A program made the translations under genes and the position numbers. A stretch of DNA of 61,490 bases, the filler included, from Asterionella formosa (Eukaryota), in NCBI GenBank assembly GCA_002256025.1. It is 19 parts of 19 records of this genome, joined end to end, with 100 filler letters (N's around TTAATTAATTAA, not from the genome) between each part and the next. Parts side by side here need not be neighbours in the genome. Positions count along the whole stretch, not along the records: positions 9,747 to 12,894 come from NKIB01014432.1; positions 12,995 to 16,142 come from NKIB01014433.1; positions 16,243 to 19,387 come from NKIB01014435.1; positions 19,488 to 22,633 come from NKIB01014436.1; 15 more parts are not named here. One strand, written 5' to 3'. Below, in pieces: positions 9,804 through 22,222 of the stretch. The notes under the pieces are model-generated. The model ran no database searches and was not told the origin of the DNA. It saw only the letters and a program-made list of their open reading frames with translations. Numbering within the stretch: the stretch's first letter is position 1; each line of letters starts with the position of its first letter.

Positions 9804-12788
9804 TTACTCAATATCAAATCCAGTGGAAGCCATGGTGACTGCCAACTTCAACTTCTCCTTCAAATCCTGTCGTGTCTCATACATTGGTAAATCAATTCGA
9901 TTGAAACAAGTACTGGAGCAGTAGAAAAGAGGAGAGTGCGGTGAGCAAAAGGTACATTCATTCAGCAGCAAGGCGAGTGCAACAACAATACATGAGAGAC
10001 TTACTGAGCTCGAGGATAAAGACAGACATTCACTCCTACTCCATGAATGGTAAATTTCCGAACATTTCCATCATTTCCTTGCAACACTCCAAATCCTCGA
10101 CTTGGAACACCACTGGTTCCTGTCACAAATTGCAACAATCGCGCCTTGGTTTCCCGATCAAATTCACCAACAACCTCCCAAAACCAAATACAAACTTGAT
10201 GATCACCACCGACATGATCACATTCACCAGAATATTCTGTATGTTCTTTCCAATCTTCCAAGTCAATGTCAGGCAAACCACACATGAGTAGTTCCAGTTC
10301 TTGAAAGTCGAAAATAGTCAAGAGTGGTTCTGGAATAACATCAAAGAATCCCAACAATAGTTCATTCAATTGTGGCTTGACTCGATCCAACATTCTGTAT
10401 TTGAGACATGCTTCCAAATATTCTGGAAAGTTGTCATTGTCCACTTCAATTTTTGCACCATTTGGAATGAGTTCAATTTCTTCCTTGACTCCCATGATAT
10501 CTTGAGTAGTGGTAAAGTCCAAGCACAGCATACTCAAATCTTCCCCACTCGTGGCCAAGGTCTGCAATTGCTTCAAATTGTTGTAATATTCGTCATCGAC
10601 CATTTCCAAATCACCAAAAGTGACAGGCCAGCCTAAGATATGTTTGTAAATGTATCCAACCATGTGACCAGCAACAAGTTGTCGGTCAAAGAGTGCCTTG
10701 CCCATGACCCGACCCAAGAATCGATAATAAATCAAGTGATCTTCACAGCAATATTCTGTGTGTGCATGTATGCATAATAGTAAAAATGGAAAGAATAAAA
10801 ACAAGTGTTAGTCGAAAGTGAAATAAATATAATATATCGAACCAAACGATATTGCATAATTTAAAAGACAAACACACACCAGACAACAATTCAACGACGT
10901 ACCAGATGCTGGATTGACTTCCATACACATTTGATTGGCCGAACTGCTTTGCCACAATCCCATAATCTGGATCAAATATTTCTTCCGTGACAAGTTGAAA
11001 CCATTCTCTCGCCAATCCACCAGCATCAATTCCCATTTCACCAATAAATTCGAATCTCCACAATTTACGTAAATCCTTTCTGGACAATGACATGACAGCA
11101 TCGACAGAATCTCCCAAAAGGAATCCACGTCTGACATTCATTCTCATGTGTCCTTCATTCCATTCGACACACAATTTTGCGCAAGTTTCTTGAAACCAAA
11201 TGGCCTTTTCTTCAAAGGCCTTGACTTGTGCATTGGCAATGTCTGAGTAGGTGACAAGGTCTCGATTGTCTGCTGATTTGATTCTCGAGTCTACAACTGC
11301 GTCACTGGCAGGTACAAGAGAGAGGATCCCAGTTCTAATTCTTGGATCATCGCCAGGTCTAAATTCCAGTTTCCTGACATATGCCGACTTTTCCACATTG
11401 AATCTCGAACTGAGTTCAACATCTCCTCGTCCATCCACTCGTACCCATTGAAATTTCATATCAGAAACTCGAATGATACGTTGCCATCCATCCTTAAAAT
11501 AGGGTAGTTTAATGGCAGCGGCTTCATTGGAAATGGTTGTTTTTTGAGTCAATGCCAATGGCAATTGGAATCTAATCCTTTGTCCAGAGGTAGCATCGTC
11601 TGGACATGTCACAAGTACTCTCACTCCACCTGTGAATAAAGCAAATGGTTGTCCAGGTAAGACTCCCCTTGGCACTTCCACTTCAAACAATTGTGTTGTC
11701 TTGTCTTGGTCTCTTATTGGTAGTGGTGGTGATGACATGTTATTGTTGTTGTTGCTGTGGTTGCTGCTATTACTATTCATACTGGTCCGACTGGTAATGT
11801 CTGTACTGGTTGGTGGTGGTACAATTGGAACATTCATACCTGGTCTAGCATTTTGTGGACAAGTTACCATGAGTTGTTGTCCTTGAATAGTGACAGGGAA
11901 TTGTTGTCCTCCTCGAATGCCATCAGGAATGGTATCCATGTTAGCAGTGGGCCCTCCTTGATTTCCATCTTGAATGGGTTGAAGATTTGGTGAATCTTGT
12001 AGTAGACTGTTGTTTGTATTGTTGTTGGCATTGCCATCAGTAATAGTGACAGGGAATTGTTGTCCAACTCGAATGCCATCATCATTGTTGTTGTTGGTAT
12101 TGTTGTTGCCATCATCATCATCATCATTATCATCATTAGTAGTAGGAGGAGCTGCTGCCGCTGGGACTGTAATTTGCAATGTTTCTCCAGGTCTAGAATC
12201 TAATGGACAACGAATTCTAACAATTCGACCTCCAGCATAAATTTGAAATTCTTGTCCAGGTTGGGCACTTTCTGGAACAGTCACACGAAAGACAGTCGAG
12301 TTCCCACTCACACTTACGGCTCCAGGACGAGAGGTAGCAGTCGTTTTTTTTGTGGTCGTGATGGTGCCATCATCAGAATTAGGATTGATCGTGGACGCGG
12401 AATTGGAAACTTCGCTACTCTTTTTGCGTTTGATGAAACCTGAAAACATCGTTCGGTTCGTTCCTGAAACTGTACCGATAGCAATAGCAGCAGGTGCGAT
12501 AATCACGAACGCATTCTTGCTTCTAGATCCCCAATTCAGAACAGCAATAAGATCTCCAGGATCCAAGGCTGGATCATCAGTAGCTCCCTCAGGAACCGGC
12601 ACTTGAGTTCCAGGTGGGTACACACGGAGCCGCGTTGGAGAAACACCTTGAAGATCGTCACCACATTTAATCTTCACGGCATCGATCAAGTCAGCAACGT
12701 CAGCATTCTGATTCAAAGTTACTTTAAAGGGCGTTTGTGCTGCGTCTCCAAGAAACAACTGGAACCAAACCTTCATTGTTGTTGACAT
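9804..12788 (-). CDS. NEDD4-like HECT E3 ubiquitin ligase with an N-terminal Crinkler-like header; one apparent frameshift
   Basis: HECT motifs FIGEMGIDAGGLAREWF, FLGRVMGKAL, LLQFVTGTSGVP and PRAHTCFNRIDLP (catalytic Cys). Introns at 10902-10756 (GTACGT..CAG) and 10004-9913 (GTAAGT..CAG); last exon ends ...TGFDIE-stop at 9804. An extra T near 10965 (GAT-T-ATG-GGA-TTG-TGG) shifts the frame within the HECT N-lobe. Confidence 0.9.
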
Positions 12789-12994
12789 GATGGGGTAGAC
12801 TACTTCTACAAAGAAATGGAAGTGACCGGAGGGAGAACCTGTACCTCCCTGTCAATCATTGAACAAGAGTCGTAATTGAAGTCATGGTGTTGAANNNNNN
12901 NNNNNNNNNNNNNNNNNNNNNNNNNNNNNNNNNNNNNNTTAATTAATTAANNNNNNNNNNNNNNNNNNNNNNNNNNNNNNNNNNNNNNNNNNNN

Positions 12995-13293
12995 CCCTGT
13001 AGAAAACCAAGTAACAATGTATGCACACGTCTCGCATCCGCAATGTAATACTGACCATCAAGGGGGGCACGATGGATCATGCGCTCGTTGAATGAGCCAT
13101 AATCGTTCTCAGCTTTGGGATCCTCCGCTTCTCTTACCACATAAGACAACGGTATGCCGCTAACGCCGGGAATGACAGCCAAGTAGTTGATAAAGGCCTT
13201 TTCCCACTCAGGCCACTTCCTCTCATCTTAAATTTTCCTGGATTGGCAGCCTTGGAATTAGTAGCCAAAAGATCAATGTCGGACTTCCTGATC
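12995..13293 (-). mobile_element. Ty1/Copia gag fragment (diatom type), frameshifted
   Basis: Translates as NPGKFK/DERKWPEWEKAFINYLAVIPGVSGIPLSYVVRE...APL.G..Y..D.RRVH, with a 1-nt deletion near 13229. Confidence 0.7.
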
Positions 13294-13968
13294 TATTTCA
13301 AAACGGACTTCCCAGAAATAAGTGAGTTTGCAAGTTGAAGTCCCTTACAACATGTGATTGGCGACCTGATTTTCGACAGCTGATCAATTAGCTCAACAAT
13401 ATATGGTTCAACTTCCAACATTGGTGAGGTGATTGCTTCTTTCAGCCCTCTGGGGTTGAATCGTTTGGCCATTGATCTAACTGTTTCTTTCTTAATATCA
13501 ACAGCAGGAGGAATGAATACCAAGCGACTCCTTCCACCTCTAAATTATTCAGGTCAGTGTGTTTTTGCCTGCTCGTTTGTATTTCTTTCTTTCTTCCTCT
13601 CTCACACTTATAAATTCATCTGCTGAGTTCGCAATGCACTGCTTGGTCAAGTTCGCCATGGCAGTGCTAAGGGCAGTTGTAGTACCCTTTGCACGACCTC
13701 CAAATGAAGTTGTGCTAGTAGTGACAATTGTAGAGGGAGCTGTAGTTAAGTCGTCCATAGTAGAACTATTTTCTTCGTATTTTTCCAACACTACACCAGA
13801 TAGAGAGTTTTCATCAGTGTAGGAGAAACTCTCAAATTTATTAGACAGCTTTACATTTATTCCATCCATTGACAAATCAGATATTGCACTTGTTTGTGAT
13901 TCATTATGCTGGTGGCTGTTGGGATTAGGTGCAGAAGCAACCAAGTTTATCCACATCCAAAGCCACAT
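13293..13968 (-). mobile_element. Decayed N-terminal part of a pogo/Tc5-like DNA transposase
   Basis: GGRAKGTT basic motif, then ETVRS..KR..SPMLEVEPYIVELIDQL..IR.PIT...GLQLANSLI.G, resembling the DNA-binding region of diatom pogo-like elements. Contains a stop/frameshift. Confidence 0.5.
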
Positions 13969-14686
13969 TCTTGTTGGCTTCGAAGTGACCTTGTAGGAAA
14001 AAGCGAAGTAACTTATAGTCCGAATTCTCCTTATTTTTATCTATCAACACTCAAAGTTTCCACTTTATGACAAAACGATTGGCGTTTTTACGAAGTGCGA
14101 CTGGAAAAATTGATATGTCTTTCCCAAGTCGGGTGGCAGTTTAGCTTTTTGCGACGGCCATGGTCAGTTTTTCTTTGAAAATGATGTATGAATATGTTTC
14201 ATGTGGGTAACATGCAATGCCACATCACTATTACTGGCGGTTCTGCACTGGCCACACTGGTATACACGAATCAATAAGCAATTGCATTCTACACAATTGC
14301 GACATAAAACAATAGTAAAATTTTGACTGTGGCCATAGACATTAAAAGGAACACACATACCCGTATACCCTGGTACCAGTAAAAATATATATGAAATGAT
14401 TACGTAAGTAACAGGAAAATAGGTATTAAATTATCAATGTAGAAAGGGGAGTAACTTACTTGCTTAGTTCACCTTCCGGGTAGGCGGTTTCGATTCCCGC
14501 ATTCTTCACCAATCTTGTTTATGTTGTCCCTTGGGTTTCGGAAGGTGAGGCAGACAGCAAGCAGGTCTAAAGCCCTCTGGGAGGTCAAGAGCGACTTCAA
14601 AACTTCCACAATCGTCAAGTTCTTTAACCAAAAATGTACTATAACATTTGCTTAATAATTTAAACTAAATGTAGAAAGTTTATATC

Positions 14687-14826
14687 CTGTCCAAAAAAAA
14701 CCATTGAAAATACCCGCTTCACTAAAAATTATTTGATTGGTCAAGTTCGAATAATAACCGACTTTCGATTTGCTCATGTAACATATTCTTGGGAGTTGAG
14801 CAGTACAATATCCACAGTAGGTAGCT
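14687..14826 (-). repeat. Diverged copy of the Mutator-like element 3' end, including its intron
   Basis: Reverse complement aligns with 4855-5042 (AGCTACCTACTGTGGATATTGTAC, CCAAGAA.ATGTTACATG.GCA, GAACTTGACCAATCAAA...TAGTGAAGCG...CAATGG...TTTTG.ACAG), with an internal deletion. Confidence 0.8.
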
Positions 14827-17800
14827 TAGACCGTAAGATGGGGCCTTACCGTTAGCCATCAACAATATTTGTCATGCTGTCAGCTCGTATGACACATGTA
14901 TGATCGTATTTATGTGTAGCGATTGCAACAAAACCCCACCTAAATACGAGCGAATTTCCACTGATTGAAAAGTTTCAAATAAAATCATGTCATTCATAAT
15001 TATACCAAAGAAAATCGTACTTCCAGGGAATTTCGGCAACCCTAAGCACTTATTCTGAATTAACAGGAAATGGAGATCTTCCATGTAGTATGCACTTTTT
15101 GACCTGAGATTAGAAAAATTACTTTTAGAATCCTAAGTTTACAACTCTATATCCTATCGAGGCACATACAAGCACTGGCTTTGACAAAGTAGCTCTCGAG
15201 TTGCTACCCGAACAATAAGGTAGAGCTATGAAATTTCATTAGTATTTATGAATCTTTTTAAGTTATGGCCATCATTTGCCTCTCAATAGTTCTGGGGTCC
15301 AGCGTCTGCTGATGTGCGTGGTTGTTTTGAAATAAGGTCATTTTGAATATACTATAAAGGACATACATATTGACATGAACAACACTGCATATTCTATTGG
15401 CATTTTATTAATGCAAATACCTCCAAATGAAGAGTTGATTTATTTCATTATAATCTTGAATTTGTGCATCACATCGATTCCATATGTAATTTGAAAGTTT
15501 TTTTTTCATTCCATTCTATTATTATCCTGAATTTTTGCATCACATCGATTCCATATGTAATTCAAAAGTTCAAGATCGCTCTCTGCTTCTTTGACTATTT
15601 GCGTTTTTAGTTGAAATAACCGGTAAATACAGCGGTTAGCAAACTCATCAGCATTGACATCCGATATGCCTACGGAGTGGCTACTAGCAGAAATGATTGT
15701 AACGAATGGTTGTAGTCTCAGTAGTAACAGGTGAATTTGCTTGAGTTATAATATTTGGCGAGGACACTTTAGCAACACCAAAAGCGTTATGATAGACTAC
15801 TACTGGTGTTGCTGCTTTTTATAACAACTGGAACGAAAGGCTGCAAATTCTGAAGCTCACTTAGGAGGCATTGTAGAACAAGTGTAGTCAAGAAGGGCAA
15901 GGAGCTGACGATAAAGTGTCGCTAAAAGATAAGAAAAATGGTAAAGCAAAGATGCGGTTGCCAGTACCATTGAGATGAAGAAACAATATGCTCACATAAA
16001 GATACAAAGTCGATTTATATAGTGTATTTAAGGTATATGTATACTAAACTGGGCAAAGATCATACTATGCATATAAATCATCATATCATGGCCTTCAACA
16101 AGATGTAGTGAAAGAGGGAACGGTAGCGAACAATGACGAGGANNNNNNNNNNNNNNNNNNNNNNNNNNNNNNNNNNNNNNNNNNNNTTAATTAATTAANN
16201 NNNNNNNNNNNNNNNNNNNNNNNNNNNNNNNNNNNNNNNNNNGAGCAATGATACTCTATTTGTAGTGAATGATTATGATGCCTTGTCTTTCTCAACATGG
16301 TTGTATCAAGCATGTTACACAATTGAAAGACAGTAGCCATTTTTTATCAAGTTCCCCTTTCTTCATAGCAGAGACTGGTTGGGGGTCATAAGAAAATTTA
16401 AATTGACAGTCTGTGCTTAATTTGAATTCTCCTTTGGCTTGGGAAATGAATCAAGTAGTGATGCTAATATTACATGAGCGCTATAGTATACTATCGACTC
16501 TAAATTGTTTGAGTGCAATTGGCCCCTAATTGACTTGATAAAAATGAAGCAAAATGGATCTCGAGAAATATTGGGACATAATACATGATGCAAGCAAAAA
16601 CCAACCCTAATGATCCACAAAACAGGTATCATATCAAAATTTAAGTGCTGGACTAAATATCTATTCGGGTTAATGTCTGTTATCAACTGCGAATTTTTGG
16701 AGTGCAATTGGGCATGAATAGACGGAGAAAATCGAAACGATGCGGTTTTTGGCAACTGGAAGTGTGAAGTATATCAAAAATCATCCTTACCATCAATATT
16801 TTCAGCATCCAACATGACTACTTTTATTCTTTTACATAAATTATAATTTGTATTATTTCTAAATATACAAAATATATGAGTAAAATATCTGTATTGCGAA
16901 TAGTCTGGAATGGCATCATCCTACATGGTGGGTACCAGGTACCTGTTACTGTAATTCTATATTACTACTATATACCTTTACCAGGATGATGTAAATCTTG
17001 TTTAAATTTTTTGAAGCCCACAAAGGTAACGTCAAGAAACAGAAAGAAGCAGGGTGAGTGCAGCTGCTGAACTACAATAAGTCCTGCATCATCTCCTCAT
17101 GATCAAATATTTGATTGGAAAGCAACAATGCAAACAAGGCAGGAGTACCACCATTACTAAGGTCAGTAAGGGATTTGAGCATGCATTTCCATATGCTTTG
17201 CATAGTTGTTTTATGTACACTCTAAATTGACTGCCAAATTTTAAACAGCTCCATTGCAATGAGCCTACCAGCAATTTCGCAGTCACCATCAGGTCAACTT
17301 TCGAGGTTGAGCAAACCATGCTGCTGCAGTACTCCCAAAAAAAGCAAGTGGATGGTCTTCTACTGTAAATCCTTTCTAATCTTTCCTCGTATGTCTGTTG
17401 AGAATAGTTGATGGCGAAAATGAGCCCTTGTGGTTTTGCATTTTGCTCACAATGGCCAAAAGTAATAATCAAAAATGCTTTCCATGTGAAGTACATGGAA
17501 TTGAACAATAAATATATTTTTAGTGTAGCTAGCAAATTACACGTATAATAGTTTAAACTAAAATTAGCTTTCACCATTTGACCTCATTTGCATACACTTG
17601 ATTACAGCCATTGGTCTAAGTACAGTTATCTTCCTTCAGAAGACTAGTGATGCTGTTGGGGCAGCTGTGGAGAGAAAGAGCAGCAAGGAACCGCATTTTT
17701 GATTGTCTACTGGTGTTAGCACTTTATTTAACAAAAAAGCTATCAAATGAAACATGGAACTAATTGCTTCTAATAGCAGTATTCCCTCCTGCAGGAATAC

Positions 17801-17921
17801 CTCATCTAGACAATTGCACTTGCACAAAATTGTAAGATGACAAGTTCTATCATCATGGAGTAGTTTGAGAGTTGTCTACTCACATTTTCAAGTTGCTATA
17901 CGTATATGCTGCAGGATATCC

Positions 17922-18665
17922 CTAGAAGATTCCATTGGTGTAACGACCCTGCAAAGGCTGCAATGCGCAGAATCTTTTGATGTAATCGACAATCTTCGGG
18001 TTAACCTCAAGACAATCTGTGGAAATGTAGTCAATATGTCCTCTCGTAAAGGAACGCAACATTGGAATGGCCTTGCAGTCCGCAATTGTAGGTGCTTCCT
18101 TGGATGCCAAGAAGCCTCCATTCTTCTCAATCAAATCGGATAGAAAAGTCAAATACTTTGGAAGCTGTTCCTCAACCCACTTTTTTCTCATGTCGGCCAC
18201 CATCGTTTTACACTCTTCAGTCTTTCCGAAACCTTGAGGATACCCATAACGTTCGGCGTGGTTATTTAGAGTGCACGGCTCATAACTCTTGAACATATCG
18301 TCAACAATCCCCATTGCCTCTTCAATATCTAAGATTCTGTCAGAGGGATAAAGTGTGGGAGACAAGGTTGATCCGACCCAACGCAACATGCCTCCAGATT
18401 GGGTCCGAGCCGGAGCACCGTCAATCACCATGAGGGGAAGCTGTCCAAAGGGTGTGGTGGGCTTCAAGGCAGACCATTCAGGAAACTGGATGCGGTCATC
18501 TTCAAAATCAGTTCCAGACAAAATCAGTGCCAATCGAACGGATTCGGCAATACCTTCAATATCAAAATACGTGAGCTTGATGGATGGAGCCATTGCAGTG
18601 AATGAGTCGACAGGCGAGTAGAAAGTAGCTGCAGTCGAAAAAATGATTTCGAAGATTCTCTTCAT
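17922..18665 (-). CDS. Glutathione S-transferase (sigma-like)
   Basis: IKLTYFDIEGIAESVRLAL, PFGQLP, QSG.MLRWVG and PTIAD. The core starts at ATG 18593 (MAPSIK); an upstream in-frame ATG at 18665 adds 24 aa. Confidence 0.93.
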   Translation of the reverse strand: MKRIFEIIFSTAATFYSPVDSFTAMAPSIKLTYFDIEGIAESVRLALILSGTDFEDDRIQFPEWSALKPTTPFGQLPLMVIDGAPARTQSGGMLRWVGSTLSPTLYPSDRILDIEEAMGIVDDMFKSYEPCTLNNHAERYGYPQGFGKTEECKTMVADMRKKWVEEQLPKYLTFLSDLIEKNGGFLASKEAPTIADCKAIPMLRSFTRGHIDYISTDCLEVNPKIVDYIKRFCALQPLQGRYTNGIF

Positions 18666-19134
18666 TTTGTGCGATAAGTATACCGCGTTACTTTCCGGTA
18701 CCAGGTACCACTATGACACGGAAGCGTTCGAAGAGCTTCGACACACTTCGATAAAAATTCCATCTCGCCTACATATTATGACACACCGGTACCAGTTCCT
18801 GGTACCTGTTACCTGGTACCAGGAAGTACACCGGTATGATCCTGTCTACATATAACGCTTCTTTGTACTGCTATGTATATGATAGAACTAGCAACAGCAG
18901 AAAGCAACACACAGTTCATTCCGGACCTCATTGTCCCTGCCTGTTGTCAACAACAATGCGTGAGCTGACAAGCCATACTAGCATTTAGGTAAACAACAAG
19001 AACACACTCACCATTCAACTGTATTGCAGAGTTCTTTTATTTGAGTCGAGGATTCAATTGACATTGCAGCAAACCCTTTCAATTCAGGAGCATTCGGATG
19101 GAATCCAGGATTGAGTATTGATGCTTTCTGATTC

Positions 19135-19387
19135 TGTGTTAATGTCATATGATAACAGGGCTCCGTAAATCATGAGTTGTTAGTGTGCCTTGGCGTGATG
19201 TTTGTCATGCTGCCAGCTGCTGCTGTATTTCTACTGAATTATTGAACAACTGGCACATAAAGATTCGCATAGTCGTTCAATAATTCAGTAGAAATGCAGC
19301 ATCAGCTGGCAGCATGACAAACAGCATGCCAAGGCACACTAACAACTCATGATTTACGGAGCCCTGTTATCATATGACATTAACACA
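19135..19387. repeat. Fold-back inverted repeat: 117-bp arms (112/117 match), 19-nt loop
   Basis: 19135-19251 matches the reverse complement of 19271-19387. The right arm runs to the contig end. Confidence 0.97.
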
Positions 19388-19487
19388 NNNNNNNNNNNNN
19401 NNNNNNNNNNNNNNNNNNNNNNNNNNNNNNNTTAATTAATTAANNNNNNNNNNNNNNNNNNNNNNNNNNNNNNNNNNNNNNNNNNNN

Positions 19488-19830
19488 GGATCTTATTGAA
19501 AGAAGGAAAGTACAAATCAAGTACTGTCCAACGGATGCAATGTTAGCAAAGACTACATCACGAAACCACTGGTTGGAACGAAATTTATTCATTTTCGTCA
19601 GCACATTATGAATTTAAAGTGAGCATCTGTGTCTAGCAGGAGTGTGTTGGAGAAATTATTTTAGGAAAGAAAATCCCGGTATAAATTACCTACTACATAT
19701 TGCTTTGTCAAAGGAGAAGATTGACAAGATCAACATTAGCATTGGTGTCAATTGTCGACATGGTCTACCTACTTCTACTCCTCATCCTTGGCTTTTTGTT
19801 GGTTCCTGTCTGCCAGATGCTTCGTACAAC
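19488..19830 (+). mobile_element. Copia RNase H C-terminus, PPT and start of the 3' LTR
   Basis: DLIERRKVQIKYCPTDAMLA/DYITKPLVGTKFIHFRQHIMNLK-stop (frameshifted), then AGCAGGAGTG and TGTTGG at 19645. Right LTR boundary uncertain. Confidence 0.7.
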
Positions 19831-20903
19831 CTTTTGCAAGAAAAAATCACTAGAGAAAGCGATCAACATCTGATATTGGACACGAATACAAAGGCAGCTC
19901 TTACTTATACCCTTATACCCGATCCGCTACATGCAAGCTTGCTGTCCTAGTTGGCCAGGCAGCCAAGCTTGCAACCACGGTCTACATCTTTGCTTGGTTT
20001 GGACATTTCCTCCACAGTGACTGATGCGATTGCGATGCTACTTTTCGCGAACTGGTGTTCGTTATGAAGTTCATGGACTTTTATCAGAAAATGATTGAAT
20101 TTTATCTAAAAAAGCAACCGACGACCTTGAGGAATTTGTTGTCTGGGATAAAATCATTGATAGGAATTTCCCTTGTGTCCCTCTTTTGGGTATCATCCAA
20201 TCGTGTTATCGATTGTTGCTTTGATTGGTTTTGACTTCGTTACATTTGGTCCATGGAGTAAGGATTTCGTCTCCCAGATAATTAGCGGTCTCGTTTGTCA
20301 ACCTCTAACAAGTTCCTGACTGGCGACCATGTGGTAGGCGACATGACCTGTGGATGTGTCCTGTCGATTTGGATGGCTCTAAACTAAGATCAGAAACGAC
20401 GAGGATGGCCTTAAACAAGTTCCCAATTCCCAACTTGCTACCCCGCGTTTTATCAACCTCTCAAAACAGACGAAAAGCAAAGTTGAATAAACAATTCGTT
20501 TCGCCTACAAGGATTTTTAGAAAATTCCATTGCTTATTGATTCAATCAAGAGAATAATTCAATTTTCGTAACATCGTGTCCGAATCTCATCAGAGATGGA
20601 ATTCGTCCAGTCGTCTGGACTGGCTTTGACAGTGATCATCATAGAGGTAATAACTAGCATTTCAACTTGCCCCCTCTCAGTGAGGCCTTTTCGAGCAATC
20701 GACGGAAACTGATGGATTTGGATAGGATTGCTTTGGCGGCAGAAACGAATATTGTGGGTTTTTTCTACTACGGAAAAAGCTTCGATAATGCGGGTTAGTT
20801 TCTGTCATGACCACACGCAGCATGTGTTGAGGAAATTTAACTGAAACTAGATCGACACAATTAGTACAAAATTATTTACTCGGGTGGACTTTTTACATGT
20901 GTC

Positions 20904-21692
20904 TCAGCCCAACCATACAGTGCTGGCCAATGCACCGCAACCATATTGATCAGCAACAGGTTTGTCTTCACACACAGAAACTCTGAAATCTACTCCTGAT
21001 GGTACAAACTCCATTGAAGATAACTCTAGCAACGAGCTTACTCGGTACGTCTGAACAATCCACTGGCCAATGATATCCATAAGATCCTTTTCGCGTCGGT
21101 GGAAAAAGTGATCAGCACCTTTCAAAAGAGCCCCAGTGGTTGATCCCGTTGGATACGTTTGTAACATTGCTTGAAAAGATTCCTCATTGGTAAAATTGTC
21201 ATTTGTCCCCAAGATCATGAGTCTAGGGAGTGCCGTTTGCTTCTGTGCTTGCTTAATGTGGTAGTTTGAGTTAAACATTAAAAGCCAGTGCTTGACGGCG
21301 AAAGGAGGGGCTATGCTGATGGACCCAACGACATTGTAAATATTGGCAGTTGCGCTTCCAGCGATTAAGCTTCCGTAGGAATAACCTATCAGCAGAATAT
21401 ATTGCGGTGCTCCTTCTGGCAATGAATATAAGTATTTGGCGGCTTCTTCTACTTGAGTTACTTGTTGAAGGCCCCTGCTGATTTGCGATCCAGAAAAGTC
21501 AAAACGAAGCGTAGACACATTGATCTTTTGGAAGTACAGGACCACTGCAGAAACAACATTGTTGTGTAGATTGCCGCCCAGCGGACCCCATGGATGCGTG
21601 CAAATAACTGCCAGCTTCGACCCCTTATTCGCCAGCAAGCCGGGCGACTTTGAAGTCGGCAACTCCAAATATTGCTCCGATGCCGATGGCAT
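20904..21692 (-). CDS. Alpha/beta-fold hydrolase
   Basis: HPWGPLGG...NNVV, LRFDF, nucleophile elbow GYSYG, G.NDNF (Asp) and ADHFF (His). Confidence 0.9.
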   Translation of the reverse strand: MPSASEQYLELPTSKSPGLLANKGSKLAVICTHPWGPLGGNLHNNVVSAVVLYFQKINVSTLRFDFSGSQISRGLQQVTQVEEAAKYLYSLPEGAPQYILLIGYSYGSLIAGSATANIYNVVGSISIAPPFAVKHWLLMFNSNYHIKQAQKQTALPRLMILGTNDNFTNEESFQAMLQTYPTGSTTGALLKGADHFFHRREKDLMDIIGQWIVQTYRVSSLLELSSMEFVPSGVDFRVSVCEDKPVADQYGCGALASTVWLG

Positions 21693-22222
21693 GGTTCAGA
21701 GGGGAAATGGAAACGAAACGCCCCAATGGGAATAGTAAATAAGAAAGATTCTGTTTTTGGGGTAGCGTCAATTTTCGCCAGTAATTTATCAACGAGGAAA
21801 TCACATAGCGGCCGGTGCGTATGTTATGTACCGGTGCTCTCTGCTATTTTAGTACTGGTACACAACCAAGCGAGGACCAAGCTTTCCGCGTCGTTATCAT
21901 ACCGGTAGATCGCTTCATGTTTGAGCTAATTGTGTGGTCCGTCATCCGTCGTGTCGTGTAAAGCACCAGGAACCTAGTAAAGGTATCTAACATGTGTACC
22001 GGTATCGACAAAGATGTCTGGAGTCGTCCGGGTCCAATGGTGGACCCGGCGACGATGTGGTCGTTAAATGACGGTTGCTTACATTCTGCATCAGCCATCT
22101 AAAATAGGTACCAGGTACCAGGTACCTGGTACTGGTAAGGAAAATCAGAGGGAGTTATGACCTACCACCGGTCCTAGCTACACACATGCATTCAAATTTC
22201 GCATTTGAAGGACCTTCCCCAG

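Noticed and set aside
18594..18665. Plastid bipartite targeting peptide on the GST
   Set aside because: The 24-aa extension is only weakly hydrophobic and leaves no transit peptide after the DS-F site, so it cannot be supported from sequence alone.
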